Source of the DNA: Macrostomum lignano
Lineage: Eukaryota
Assembly (NCBI GenBank): GCA_002269645.1
Contig: NIVC01003790.1
Span: 1 to 64,000, forward strand
Reading direction: 5' to 3'
Length of the DNA: 64,000 nt
A model generated the notes under the pieces. That model was not told where the DNA came from. It made no database searches and was given only the letters and a program-made list of their open reading frames with translations. The first letter of the stretch is position 1. Each line of letters opens with the position of its first letter. Positions 1 to 13,281 of the stretch are shown here, piece after piece. The position numbers and the translations under genes were made by a program.

Positions 1-2194
1 CCGACCGTCTCCTCGCTGGTAGTGAGGTAATAGAGAAAGCGCTTCACGTCTCTGAGTCGCGGCCCTGCCACCTCTACCCGGCGCAGACCATCCGGCAGTC
101 TTCCGCCTCTTCTGGCGGAGCAGACGCAGAGTGCAGCTGTGCCGGCTGGCCAGAGATGCTACCACCGGTCTAGCAGGAACGCCTCGCTCTGAGCCAGGCT
201 GCCGCCCGCCCGATGTGGAAGAAGTAAAACGCTCGCTGACCCGCGGCGCGTCGCTCCACCGGGAGAGGACTCTTGGGCGCCGGGCCGTCGCGCGGCTGAC
301 CGCGCACAGCTGAGAAGGTTCGGCAACGGCGGCGCATCCTCAGCTGCGTGACGGACATCCGCGATGCGTCGAGGCTGTGCCGGTGGCTGGCCAACAAAGT
401 CCGGCTCCTGTTGTCGATACTGTTGAATGGGCCGGTCCTCGCCGTTAAGCTTTCCGGGACAAGAGTCGCGTCGAACACGGGGCCTGCGCTGGTGCTCGAA
501 GACCCAGCGTCGTAGTAGTCGTTGTCTCTTTCGGTATCGATGCACTCGTCGTCATCGTCGCAGAACATGTGCAGCCGCTCAAGGCCTTCAACTAGTGAGC
601 GACGCTGAGCAAAGTAGCGCGCCGTAGAGCACAGTTGGTTGGCTATCAAACACGCGATGACCGCGGCCAGACGCATTTACCGCTGTCTGCGTCAGCGCCG
701 GAAGAAGGCGCATCCGGGGAACGTCTCGCCTACGCTGGCTGCGGCTGCGACTACGCCGAAGCGTAATGCGGAGCTGCGGAGGCGACGGCGATTCTCTGCC
801 GGTATTTGTCCTACTGTTGACGATGCTTTCGTTGTGGCTGCCGCTGTCTGGCAGGCGTCATCTCGAGAACTTGGTGGCTGGGGACGTCGTTCAGCTTGAG
901 CCCGAACTGTGCTTCTAGTTTTGGTTCGGCCTCTGGATTGTTCTGTGTTTGTTCGCATTGAGTTGGACGTGGCTGCTGCTGTTTTTTGTTGTTGTTGTTG
1001 TTGTTGCTGTTGCTGCTTGTTGTGTGTTGTTGCTGTGTGTTGTTGTTGCTGTTGTTGTTGCTGTTGTTGTTGCTGTTGTTGTTGCTGTTCTTGTGTTGTT
1101 GTTGTTGTTGTTGTTGTTGCTGCTGCTGTCGTTGTTGTTGCTGCTGCTGCTGTTGCAGCTGATTTTGCATTTGCCTTTGTAGCAACTGTTGCTGCTCAAG
1201 CATCTTCTGTTGTAGCAGTTTCTGTTGCTGCTGTTGAAAGATTTGAAGCTGATGTTGATGCAAGAGGCGCTGCTGTTGAAGCAGCTGCTGCTGATGAGGC
1301 GCTTGCTTCAGCTGCTCTTGGTGCTGTAGCAACTGACAATTTGATTGTCGAAATGATCTCTGTGTGTTTAACGTCGATTGCCGCTGCTGTTCTGGCTGAG
1401 AATTGCACTCCGGCAGTGGCGGGGCGCCCCTCCGACCGCGAATTACAGTCTCACTACCCCGCGGCCCAGCTGCAGCTCTGAGAGTGCGGTCATCCGCTGC
1501 TTTCTGCTCTATGATTGTGTCAACCTCCAAGTCCATAGCTGACGAATCGTCCTCCTCTTCCGCTTTAGGCATGACCCGATCGATGCTGCTAGGAAATTGT
1601 TGGTGGGCAATTTGCCGCAGCAGGCGCTGCTGTTGCTGCTGTTGCTGTTGGCTGAGCTGTCGCCTCGGACTCAGCCCATAGTTACCGTGGACTGGACACG
1701 GCCGACTATGAGCTGCAGCTGCCGAAGACTGACTTCGCTTAGGGGGCTGATTTCGACCGGCGCTGGCACTGTCGGACCGCTGCTCAGCTGGCTGAGTACG
1801 ACCGTCATTGTCGGAATACTCTGGTGGTGGAGGCAGCATCGGTGGCGGAGGCAGCGGGCGCATTGGTGGCTGAAGGATTGACAGGTCTTCCGTCTGCCGC
1901 TTGGCCTGGCCATTTTCAATACAGACAGCGGGCAGCAGGCGCATCGGCTCTAGCAGCACCACCTTGGCCACCGTTGACTCCTTGAGCATCCTGTCGACTC
2001 TGATGATGATGCCGCGGTTTGTACAGCGGAGACTCGCAGCCGCCATTGTCAACTATGTAGTCCGTGATGACGAAGTTGTAATTCGGCGTCGGCTTCTGGT
2101 CGGCTGGCGACACGCCGACTCCGCCGCTGCCGTTGCCAGCGGATCTCTGCTGCTGGCCGGGCCGTTTGCTCAGTCGAGACTGGCGTGCTCCCAT
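1..2194 (-). CDS. Putative poly-Q / Pro-rich protein gene with several frame breaks (pseudogene or indel errors); continues off the window edge
   Basis: GC-rich coding-like tract. ATG at 2194 gives MGARQS (MGxxxS myristoylation pattern), stopping at 1916. Frame 811-2052 carries PPPPEY, CPVHG and long Q runs. Further open segments lie in other frames (about 858-590 and 170-676). No family recognised. Confidence 0.45.
970..1335 (-). repeat. CAG/CAA poly-glutamine microsatellite
   Basis: (ttg/ctg)n on the + strand; encodes the Q-rich part of ORF 811-2052. Confidence 0.9.
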
Positions 2195-3631
2195 TCAGTC
2201 TGGCTGGCTGAAGGCGGAAGTCCGGCTGAGCGACAGAATTCAGTCGGCCATGGCCCGCGCCACAGATGAAAAATTCCTCAGCAACTTCTTGCTCTTTCTC
2301 TCTGTCTGCCTCCACAGTTTTCCACCCAAGTGTGGCAGGCCGGCCCGGTTGTCAAGCGAAGCGAGAACAAGGGATTTGGGGGATCTTCACGCTGTAATTC
2401 ACTTTATTCCTTTGCCACCTTGGATTTTCTACCCTCTAGCCTTGTAGATTGGTGCTGTCGGGTAAGAAAACACGCGCCAGTATCAGGAGAGAGAGGAGGA
2501 GAGCAGCCGTGGAGAGCAATAAGTCGCTTGGTAGGAGGTTGCGCAGGTCAGGAGGCGTTCGCTCTTTTCTCGCCGGAAGACAAGACGGGGGCTGTACGGC
2601 CAGTGGTTGGCAGCAGTACTTTTGTCTACGGAGGGGAGTTGGGAACTTCGGTTCCAATTTTAGAGAACTGCGAGCAAGAGAGAGGAGGGCGACGAATAAG
2701 GCAACGACCAAAATGGGAATTCTGTGTGGTTCTTTCTCGCTAAGCTGCTATGGAAAGCCAAGTGCTTGGGAGAGAGAAGGAGAGAGAACGCATGCGCGCA
2801 TTAATACACTGGCCAGGCCAGAAAGTCGCCTGCCCCAGCCTTAGCTGCGCCACCATTGGCTGCTGCGGCAAGTAGGACTGGAAGCATGCGTGCAGCATTA
2901 GCAATGGGCCTTCCGATTCGCCCAATGCCTTCAAAGCCCATCGTGGCTGCCTCATTTTCTCTTCTCCGCAACTGTAGGAAAATCCGTTCTACTGGCTGTG
3001 ACGGGGTTGGGGCCTACCAGCCTTAGCTGTCAAAAGTTCTGAACTGTGGAGGAAGGGTTCTTTGGCCAAGGGCGGTTCCCACCGCGGTTGCATGACCTGT
3101 CCACCTGTCCACCAATGGAAGTTCCAAGTGCGTGCTTCTTTTTAGTCCAATTTTCATAACTTCTCATCAACTGCGGGTTTCTTTAGGCCCAAAGATTGGA
3201 GCTTCTGGTAAGGGGAATAGTTTTGGAAATGGGAAGGGAGACGAAAGAGAACGTGGGATTATAGATTTAGCTAGCCATGTGGACTTGCAGCGGGATGCAG
3301 CGGAGCTATAACTGGGCGTAGCCGCAAGGACAACAATTGTCATTGTCCTTAAAATGCACCCAAATCTGCCGTTTTTCAGCCCGCTTTCTTGGAAATACTT
3401 CTAGAAGCGAATATCCTGCGGAATTTCACATGCAATTATAGTTTTCATGCGTGTTTTTCTCGTACGTATTTTAAGCCTTCAACACAAACAAGGATAAATG
3501 GCCACTCCACAGGTGTCGCCTTGGACTAGGGGGGGGGGGGCAGAGGGGCAAAGGGGGGATAGTGGGGACAGATCCAAGAATCATAAAGGAAAACTTCGTA
3601 TATCATTTTGGGAATCAGTGTTTTTAGTAAG

Positions 3632-4460
3632 TATTCTTGGCGCCACAGTCACTCATTTTGGCGCCACAGTCACTCATTTTAGCGCAGCAGTCACTCATTA
3701 TAGCGCAGCAGTCACTCATTTTAGCGCCACAGTCACTCATTTTAGCGCCGCAGTCACTCATTTTAGCGCCACAGTCACTCATTTTAGCGCAGCAGTCACT
3801 CATTTTAGCGCAGCAGTCACTCATTTTAGCGCAGCAGTCACTCATTATAGCGCAGCAGTCACTCATTTTAGCGCCGCAGTCACTCATTTTAGCGCAGCAG
3901 TCACTCATTATAGCGCAGCAGTCACTCATTATAGCGCAGCAGTCACTCATTATAGCGCAGCAGTCACTCATTTTAGCGCCGCAGTCACTCATTTTAGCGC
4001 CGCAGTCACTCATTTTAGCGCCGCAGTCACTCATTTTAGCGCAGCAGTCACTCATTATAGCGCAGCAGTCACTCATTATAGCGCAGCAGTCACTCATTTT
4101 AGCGCAGCAGTCACTCATTTTAGCGCCACAGTCACTCATTTTAGCGCAGCAGTCACTCATTTTAGCGCCGCAGTCACTCATTTAAGCGCAGCAGTCACTC
4201 ATTATAGCGCAGCAGTCACTCATTTTAGCGCAGCAGTCACTCATTTTAGCGCCACAGTCACTCATTTTATTAGCACCGCAGGCACTCATTTTAGCGCAGC
4301 AGTCACTCATTATAGCGCAGCAGTCACTCATTTTAGCGCCGCAGTCACTCATTTTAGCGCAGCAGTCACTCATTTTAGCGCCGCAGTCACTCATTTTAGC
4401 GCCGCAGTCACTCATTTTAGCGCAGCAGTCACTCATTTTAGCGCTGCAGGCACTCATTCT
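3632..4460. repeat. 21-bp minisatellite CACTCATTTTAGCGCAGCAGT
   Basis: About 39 tandem units; same family recurs at 58620-58872. Confidence 0.95.
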
Positions 4461-6104
4461 TGATTTCCATGACGGGTCACAAGGTGTGGGGGCTGGAGGA
4501 CAAAGCCCCCATGTCCCCCTACAGCTTTTACAGGCCTGTACACAGTCTATACACAGTATTATCCAAAGTTCTAGCTAAATTGCTAGCTAACTGACTACCC
4601 ATCTGCAGTCGGAAGTGAATAATGTTAAGCATAGCTAATTGCGCAATTTGAATAAAAACTCATTACGCAATGGTTGGCGATGAGATCAATGCCCCTGAAA
4701 GATACCCAACTTGAAAGGCTATCCAGGTCTGAAATGCAATTTCTCCTCAGACAGAATGTTTTTCTCAACGACTTTCTGCTAAGCTAATATTCGGGACAGG
4801 AGGCATGGGGCCACACCAATCTTGGTGCACACTACTGGCACTCCCTCATCAGTACACTATTTACTTAATCCCGATTTGCATAGCTTCTGGATCTTACTCG
4901 GCCACTTTACTGATGCTTGCTCAGCTCACTGAGCCAGATTTTTCCATCTAGATTATTCCTTCTCGCTTGGTAGAATTTTTCCCATTAATATTTATCCCTG
5001 ACCCGATTTCCCTTAATTTCGATGCGGGTAAGCTCATAGGTTCTTGGTCACGAGCTCGAGTTTCCGGACCTCCCGGTATGTAAAACTTCTCGAAATCTCA
5101 TGCTTAGCTTGCAAGAGCGTTTCATCCGCGAACATAGCGGTGAGGCTCCGCACCCAGATGGCTTGGAAGTGTAAAGTAGCCTAGCAGCAACCCGTCTCTG
5201 TTGTCTCGCGTCGAATTAACGCGGGTTTAATAGTGCACGATCAGCACACATACAGAGTTAGCCAGTACAATACCCTGTGCGTGTACATGTATCCATGTGC
5301 TTGTGCGTGCTCAGGGATCAGCAAAATGTTGATTTACGGCAGTATCCAAAGCTCTCTGTGAAATAACTATAGCAACTAAGGCTTCTGATTACTGGCTTTT
5401 ATGTATAGTCCAATTTTTAAGGCACTTTAGTCTGGACACTGCAAAGGACCTTGGCTTCATTGTTTCATTTCCTGTTTCTTCTTGATTCAACTTTTCTACT
5501 GTATTAGGCAAAACATACAAAAGCAATACATCATCAGGCTGCACACATGCAGCAATGGTTTATTTCCTTACAGAGAAAAAACAGGAAAGCCACGTTTTAA
5601 CAACCGAATAATGACTGATAGACTGGCTGACTACTGACCGATCGCTGGGACATTTTGAGTGACTGACTACTGCTGTAGTCGCTTTATCGATCTAACATCA
5701 AGGACAACTAAAGCAACGTATATACTTTAGTAGTCCTTGTCTAACATGAGTGTCTGATTGTCCTACATTGTTAACATTTAAGTCAACAATTTTATTGACT
5801 TCCGAGTCTAAAACTTTTTTTGTTGGGGCGTTTCTCAAGCTAGAAACTTCCCAAGTTTGATATTGTACATCGTCGAAAAGTCTTGCTAGTCAACTTTGTC
5901 AGTTTACAAGCCAAACTACATACACGATTTCGCGATGATGTAAATTTTCGAGCTTGTGTCCTAATTTGCGGTCCTAAAAACGAATGCCACATCAAATGCA
6001 AGCCCAACGCTAACAAGAAGATGAAGCAGATGACCTCCATGGCCTTCACATTTAGAAGCAATTACAAAACGCTGGGGTTGATGTTTTGTTTGACAACAAA
6101 ACGA

Positions 6105-6585
6105 TGTATGGAGGTTTCTGTAACTTTACGGAGGCCCTGTAGCTCTATGGAGGTCCTTGTAACTCTACAGAGGTTACTGCACGTATCTATACGAAGGTCC
6201 CTGTATCTATACGGAGGTCCCTGTATCGATACGGAGGTCCCTGTATCTATACGGAGGTCCCTGTATCGATACGGAGGTCCCTGTATCGATACGAAGGTCC
6301 CTGTATCTATACGGAGGTCCCTGTATCAATACGGAGGTCCCTGTATCTATACGGAGGTCCCTGTATCTATACGGAGGTCCCTGTATCGATACGGAGGTCC
6401 CTGTATCTATACGAAGGTCCCTGTATCTATACGGAGGTTCCTGTATCTATACGGAGGTCCCAGTATCTATACGGAGGTCCCTGTATCCATACGGAGGCCC
6501 TGTAACTCTACAGAGGTCACTGTATCTATACGGAGGCCCTGTAACTCTACAGAGGTCCCTATAACTCTACAGAGGTCCCTATAAC
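6105..6585. repeat. 20-bp minisatellite CTGTATCTATACGGAGGTCC
   Basis: Direct tandem units visible, degenerate at both ends. Confidence 0.93.
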
Positions 6586-8948
6586 TAAAGCGCCAAAAAA
6601 TTGACAATAAATATGACTTGACACGGACTAAAAGCAGATATAGAATACGTACTTCATGTTGTTGTAAATAGTAAATTATATCGGGTAGTCATGTACAATA
6701 TTGGAATTTGATTTAGCACCGGAGTCATATCAAGGTCACAGATAATTTGGCAGGACACACTTGTTTTCCCAAGGAAACCCGGGATATTTCATATTTTATC
6801 GTCGTAACTAAAATGTACCAAAACGTGGAGCACTCATCGAGTCTGCCTGCCTTGATTTTGACAGATTTATCGCGTGCTCATTGTTGGCCTAACAAGAGGA
6901 ACAAATACATATTCCTGGGAATACGTTAGTCGTGCAATTTAAAAACCAAAGAGCGTTTTGAAAATAGAAAACAGGTAGAGCTAAGTGTAACTTCTATTCG
7001 GTAGTGCAACAACAGAAGGGAATCGTTGCGTAAAATTACAGGCCAATGAGATTTCGGTGCGTCAATCATACGAGTTTGCTCCATATGTAATGACCCCCGC
7101 GTCAAAGATAACAAGGCTCGATATATATAGTTAAAAAATAAGCTGCATACATTCACATGTAGCCAGAGATAAGGGCTTGCATGTTACATAGCCTATAACG
7201 CCGTTCGTTACCTTTCTGAGATTCTGAGGATAAGGGAGGGATGACCGAGGTCATTTAAGAATAGATCTTAGGTTTGATCGGCATCGGTGCCATGCGGTTT
7301 GGCGTTTGCAGCTACACGCTGGCCCGACCCTGCCTTATCTCTTTGTCAGGCCCTGTCAATCAACTGTTGGGGTTACACTGTACACGACCAGCGAACACAA
7401 AGTATTACGTCATCGCTGAGCTTTTTCTGTTTTTGAAAATGACAGCCTAGGCCCTCTACAATAGACCCATCTATCACTCTCTGAGGCAGGAATGTAGATT
7501 GCTAAAATAATGCTCGTCGCAAAAAAACTGTGCAGATAGTTTTCTGTACAAAATCAGCTTTTAATTTGTTTTAATCCAACAGAATTTGATGCATATACAT
7601 GTATAATGGCAGTGTAGCATAAAGGCAAAGAGCTGTGCTGTCTGGTCTATGGCAGCGGAGAATATGGAGAGTGCTGTCTGCAGTCTATGGCAGCGGAGAA
7701 TATGAAGAGTGCTGTCCATGGCAATGCGATCCAATTCAGAATTGTTCAGTGTTAGATCGGTGCAAAACGATTTAAAACAAAGAATAAAACGTTGTACATC
7801 AAATCGCATAACCTTAACTTATAGCTTGAATTTGCAGTCAGCTTGCAGGTGAAGCACAAACTCAGAGTTTTGTTAGAGTGGATAAATCTCTTCTCGCATT
7901 GTGTTCGTTTAATTAGTGACCATTGATTACATGTACAGTATGTTGATTTTTCAGTGTACTCGACGCTCCTTGAACTTAATATACATGTATATGCATGGTT
8001 TGGTTGATTTTTTAAAATATGCGTGCTCAGATGTCAGTGTGACGAAACTCTTAGGCTATAAGCCTATAATAAAAATCTAAGTTTGTGTTAACATTCATTT
8101 TTCTCCTTTGTGGGGGTATACATGTACATACATGTAAATGTAACATCAATCATTGTAGTTGCAGTAGTTGTGTAGTTGTAGTTGTACTTGCAAAAATCTA
8201 TAAAAAGTAACTTTTATATTGAATGATGTAAATATATTGAATATAAAAATATTGAATATTTTCAATTGGTGCAAGTTGTTGAAAATAAAGCAGAACGTAG
8301 TGTTCCACCAAAGAAAACTTGATAAATTTATTTACATTGATAATTTGTAGATTCATTACTAAAGCTAACTAAAACGTACTAAATAGAATACCACTTAAAA
8401 GAGCAATTTACCATCGTCTTAATATATAGTAAGTCTAAATCTATTTCAAGCAACATTTTAAAAGTCAATTACATACAAATAAACATCTAGAGTTTTCGTT
8501 TTGTTGTTAAAATTTTGATTTAGAAAATTTGCGTATGTTTAACAGTGGGTAAATTTGCGAAATTTGCAATATCAAGTAGGCCGCGACCCGCATTATAAAT
8601 TGTGTTGAGGCAAAGTTTTGGCGAAAATAAGTCGTGTAATAAATATACTTGTGATTACTTTTTATGAAATATTATCAACATCTAAATAATAAATAAAGTC
8701 GTATAAAGCGACAAAACTATATTTTATAGTAGCATTATTCATTATATCCATCACTATCACTATATCAGTGCCAGTCATGAGTCAACCAGTGGAAGGTCAA
8801 AGCAATTCAATAACCAATGGCCATAGCTTATTCATTGACAGTAGGCCTACGGGCCCTAGTGCCTAGAACTAGAATATAATAAAATAAAAAAATTCAAATA
8901 AGGAGCTTCTGGTTCATTCAGTACAGAAGTTACTATTATTAATGTTAT

Positions 8949-9394
8949 GGCAGTTATTATTTGTCCAGTGACCGGACAAATAGCAAAAAGGCTATTTGTC
9001 CGGTTAAATTGCTAACACAAGTATCTTATTTGTTTCGTGATGAATATTCTAGATTTTTAAGACCTTTTCTCATATATTGATTAATATTTTCTTGTATACT
9101 AGAGTGTAAGCAAAACAGTGTATTCAATTTGGCACAATTTGGTGTATAAGACACATACTAGTATAACAATATAATAATCAAGATATGAGTAAGAAGTCTT
9201 TGAAGTCTAAGAATATTTACCCTTGTGGTTTTTATGAACTAGATATTATAACATTATCAATTTAACCGGACAAATAACAAAATGTCTATTTGTCCGGTAT
9301 TAATCGGATGAATAGGAAAGCATGGTCAGGATCTAGTAACCGGACAAATAACCACATTGCTATTCATCCGGTCACTGGACAAATAACAACTGCC
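8949..9394. mobile_element. MITE-like element with ~28 bp terminal inverted repeats and internal ACCGGACAAATA palindromes
   Basis: GGCAGTTATTATTTGTCCAGTGACCGGA (8949-8976) is the reverse complement, with 1 mismatch, of TCCGGTCACTGGACAAATAACAACTGCC (9367-9394). A second inverted pair lies at about 8993-9011 / 9258-9276. No clean TSD. Confidence 0.7.
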
Positions 9395-9964
9395 TAATAG
9401 TATTATTAAGCCCATTGGCTTTGATATTAATAATATTTAATATTTAATCATTTTAGTATTTAATATTTTAATATTTATCTTTTATCATCATTATATTAAT
9501 CTTTTAATACTCTTTTTAATTTATTAATTCATGGCTTTATCCTTCAAAATATACCAAGCCATAGAATGAATTCATCAAATTTTGGAAAATATTTACATTA
9601 AAAAGTTTAGATTCTAAAAAATGTTCAACTTTCAAATACACAATTCTCCAAAACTGCTTGGATCAAATTAATATTAGTTACATAGGACTATAGGAATGCT
9701 CACAAATCAACCTACTATTACCTCTGAGGGTAATTTTTTGCAGTTTTTTGCTTTATTATCATTTTGGATAGCCTCTAAGACTCTGGCGAAAGTTTCAGAA
9801 AAATTGAAAAATTGGAAGTATTTTATGTACCTAAAGTTCAAGAAGGCCACAACCTTGGCTTGGCTATTAGTATTAGGGCCTATAGGGTTATATCTTTTAA
9901 ATAGTTGAATTTCTAGCCTTTTGCTTTTTTTCTATCTAGTAGGCCTACATAGGCTTAAACTATT

Positions 9965-10640
9965 TCTAACTATAAAAATCAAAACTCTGTGTGTGTGTGT
10001 CTGTGTGTGGACAATTTTGATTGCTATGGACTCCCAAACCGCTCAACCAAATGACACCAAATTTTACACCCACCTTAAACTTACTACGGAGAATGTCTTA
10101 GGCTACCTTTTAATTTCCTAGACTCAAGTCTTCCTACCTAAAAGTACAAAAAACTGCTCAAAATGCGCAATTTTTTCACTAAATCCTCCATAGCGCTGCT
10201 CCACTTCTACCGATTCTCTTCAAATTTGACACAAGCAATTTTCAACTATTTTAGCACAATCATGTAAAATTTCGAGTCTCAAAGTTAATCCTGAGCGGTG
10301 CTGTGCACTTTTAAAATTAGGCTGTTTTTTTTCAATGTAGCAACCACCCCAACCTCCACCCGCCTGCCTCTCTTTCCCGATACCGATCTGGGCCCAGATG
10401 TGTAAAAGGGTTTCAAAATTGACTTTCAGCTGCCATAAGTTTGCTCCACGTAAAGCGATTGACTTCAAACTTAACACAATTCTTCATTGACTCATTCTCT
10501 ATCTAAATGTAAAGTTTCAACTCTGTAACTCAATCAGAACAGAAACTGTAAGCATGTGAAGTTTGTCTGCTTTTTCTGTTGTTTGTGCCACTCCTCACTC
10601 ATTCCCCCAGAGCCAGACGAAGGGTCAGGCGATAGGACTG
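9965..10640 (+). mobile_element. Non-autonomous Helitron-like element (5' end clear, 3' end degenerate)
   Basis: 5' TCTAACTATAAAAATCAAAA, then a (TG)n microsatellite, then a CTCCCAAAccGCTCAACCAA core shared with the Helitron at 22680-22889 (-). No CTAG 3' end seen; 3' coordinate approximate. Confidence 0.45.
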
Positions 10641-11214
10641 AATGTACATAGCAAATGTACAGTGTTTTGGAATACTTTATTTATAACTTTCTCTGCACCC
10701 CGAGAGTGGAGAGGCTACGTTTAGCCATAACGTTTAGTGAGAAATTCTAACCACTGCCCTCCCCTCTGTATTGGCAAACTCTGCAGAGTTTAACACTGGA
10801 TAGCAATTGGCAAATCGAGGGAATCCAGCATGGTTTGTAAGAGCGAAAGATTTATGAAAAGGCGATGCGATGCAATGCAATACAACCCTACTAAATTAGG
10901 CACACCATGGAAATTTTAGGTTTCTTTTAAAGGTACTGTGTAAATTTTAAATGGCCTCCTAAGAAATGCATATTTCCTTGGTTGTTAGACTGATGCAGAC
11001 TGCAGTGGAGCTAAAGATACACAAATTCCTTTCAGGGCTGTAAATTGGCAAGAAAGATGACATGATCAAAGCATGAGAACAACCATGAGAGTACTACGTC
11101 CCACAAACTGGCTTTCCAAGCAGGGATGGGCAGACTTTTACCTCAAAGGCCAGATAAAGAATCCAGCTCATAGCTGAGGGGCAGATGAAAGTGGAAAGAA
11201 GAAGGAATAGACGA

Positions 11215-12315
11215 TTCGAAGAGAGGAGAGGCGACAGAGGGGATAAAAGAAAAGATGAAAGATAATAGGAGAGATGAGGGGGTGAGGACGATGAGAGAGA
11301 GGGGAGAAGAGGGGAGAGAGGAAAAGCGAGAGGAGAGAGTAGAGATGAGAGAGCAGAGAGTAGAGATAAGAGAGCAGAGAGCTGCAGATGAGAGGAGAGA
11401 GGAGACAGCAGAGAGGAGAGCAGAGAGGAAACAGGTGAAAGAAGAGATGAGAGAGTAAAGGGAAGAGAGAAGAGATAAAGATACATCTCTACATCTCTAA
11501 GGTTCTAGAGATGAGAGAGGTGGAAGGAGAGATAAGAGATAATGGAGAGAGGAGAGTGGAGTGAGAGAAGAGAGGGAGACAGAGTATAGAAAAGGGAAGA
11601 GAAGAGAAAAGAAGAAAGGAGAAAGGAAAGTGAGGAGTCAAAAGAGGGGAAAGAAAAGAGTACAGAGGAGAGAGGTGAGAGAACATATAAGACATAGATG
11701 CCAGATTAAAGAGGGGGATGAGAGAGCAGAGACGAGAGTGAACAGATAAAAGATGGGAGAGTAGAGAGAACAGAGGAGAGGTTAGAGAGGAGAGAGGAGA
11801 GACAAAGGTAGAGAAGTGAGTGAGGAGAGAGGAGAGGAAAGAGGAGAATGGAGGGGGGAGAGAGTAGAGAGAGAAGGAGAGATAAGAGAAAAAGACAGAG
11901 AGAGAGAGAGAGAGAGGGGGGGAGCAGAGAGAAATGAGAAATGAGAAGAGATAAGAGAGAAAAGATAAAAGAAGAAAAAGGAAAGATGAGAGAGCAAAGA
12001 CGAGAGAGAAAAGAGGTGAGGGAAGAGGCGAGAGAAGAGGGGAGAGATGAGAGAGTAGAGGAGAGAGTTAAGAGTAGAGAGAAAAGAATAGAAAGGAGAA
12101 GGAAGATAAGAGAGAAGAGGGGGTGAGAGGAGAGAGGAGAGGGAGAGAGAGGAGAGAGGAGAGGAGAGAGAAAACGAAAAAGTAGAGAGGAGAAAGGAGA
12201 GGAGAGAGAAAAGAAGAGAGATGAAAGAGAAGAGAGATGAGGGAAGATACGAGAGAAGAGGGGAGAGAGGAGAGAGGAGAGACGACGGACGAGAGAGATG
12301 AGAGGAAACAAAGAG
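11215..12315. repeat. Purine-rich (AG/GGAGA) low-complexity tract
   Basis: About 1.1 kb almost devoid of pyrimidines on the + strand; ORFs over it are compositional artefacts. Confidence 0.9.
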
Positions 12316-13281
12316 ACAATAGAAATTTTAAAGGATCCAAGGGACATAGGGAGAGTCAGGGAGAGGCCAGAGTTTGCCAATACATGTTTTAGAGTCAGAC
12401 AGACATTGCCTGGCATTCTGTGGAGTACCCCAGCAAACAATATCAACATTTGCCTCAAACCCTAATTTTACACGAATGTGCTCCATTTTATGTCTACCTC
12501 TATCCTACTAACATTAATTTGTTTGTGTATGGCGTTAGATTTCAGAATACATGCAAAAGTAGTTCCCGGGATTGGAATTCCCCGGGTTCAAAATCCGCGG
12601 GTTTCAACAGCTTGTTTATTATAATTAGCCCTAAGCCTATACTATAATAACAACTATATTTTAATAAATTATATAAAATTTAATAGGCCTAACTCAATAT
12701 TATCTCAACAAATGATAAAATTTATTATAAATTTATATGCCATAGGCCTAGGGCCTAATTCTAGTGGCATAACTAGAAGGCAAGGGGCAGTTTCCTTTCC
12801 CCTTAAGCAGAGACTAGAAAAAAGGGGATCTTAGTCAAATTGTCAATTGGCATTTTGTCAACTATAGAGCCATTGTTCTCTCTTAGAGCACTTTGTCAAT
12901 TGGCCAATTAGTAGACCTAAATATGGTCACTTTATCACTGTGTATTATATACATATATGCAATTTAATATTTTATACACATGTTTATTGCTATATTTATA
13001 CCAAGAATTGTTCTGTTAAACTCTCTTAAATGAAAGAAGAAAGTCAAGCAGGTTAATTATTTCAAAGTGCAATATATTGAATTGACCTATTGTTTCCAAA
13101 ATATATAAATAATGTATGTTTGAATTTTTTGAAGGTTTTCAAATGTTTGAAGTGTTTTTACATGTTTTTACATGTTTGAAGATATTCAAATTTAGATTTA
13201 AATAAAAAATCAACATTAAATTACAACAAAGTATATACATACTTAAGAAAGAATGATAGTGACAAACAATTAACTATTTAA

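Noticed and set aside
909-1481. Poly-Cys/Val ORF on the + strand
   Set aside because: Antisense reading of the poly-Q tract.
3498-4463. 321-aa ORF with SAAVTHF heptad repeats (antifreeze/adhesive-like)
   Set aside because: A 21-bp unit without stops is open in several frames on both strands. The same array recurs at 58.6 kb in a different context, and there is no signal peptide or unique domain.
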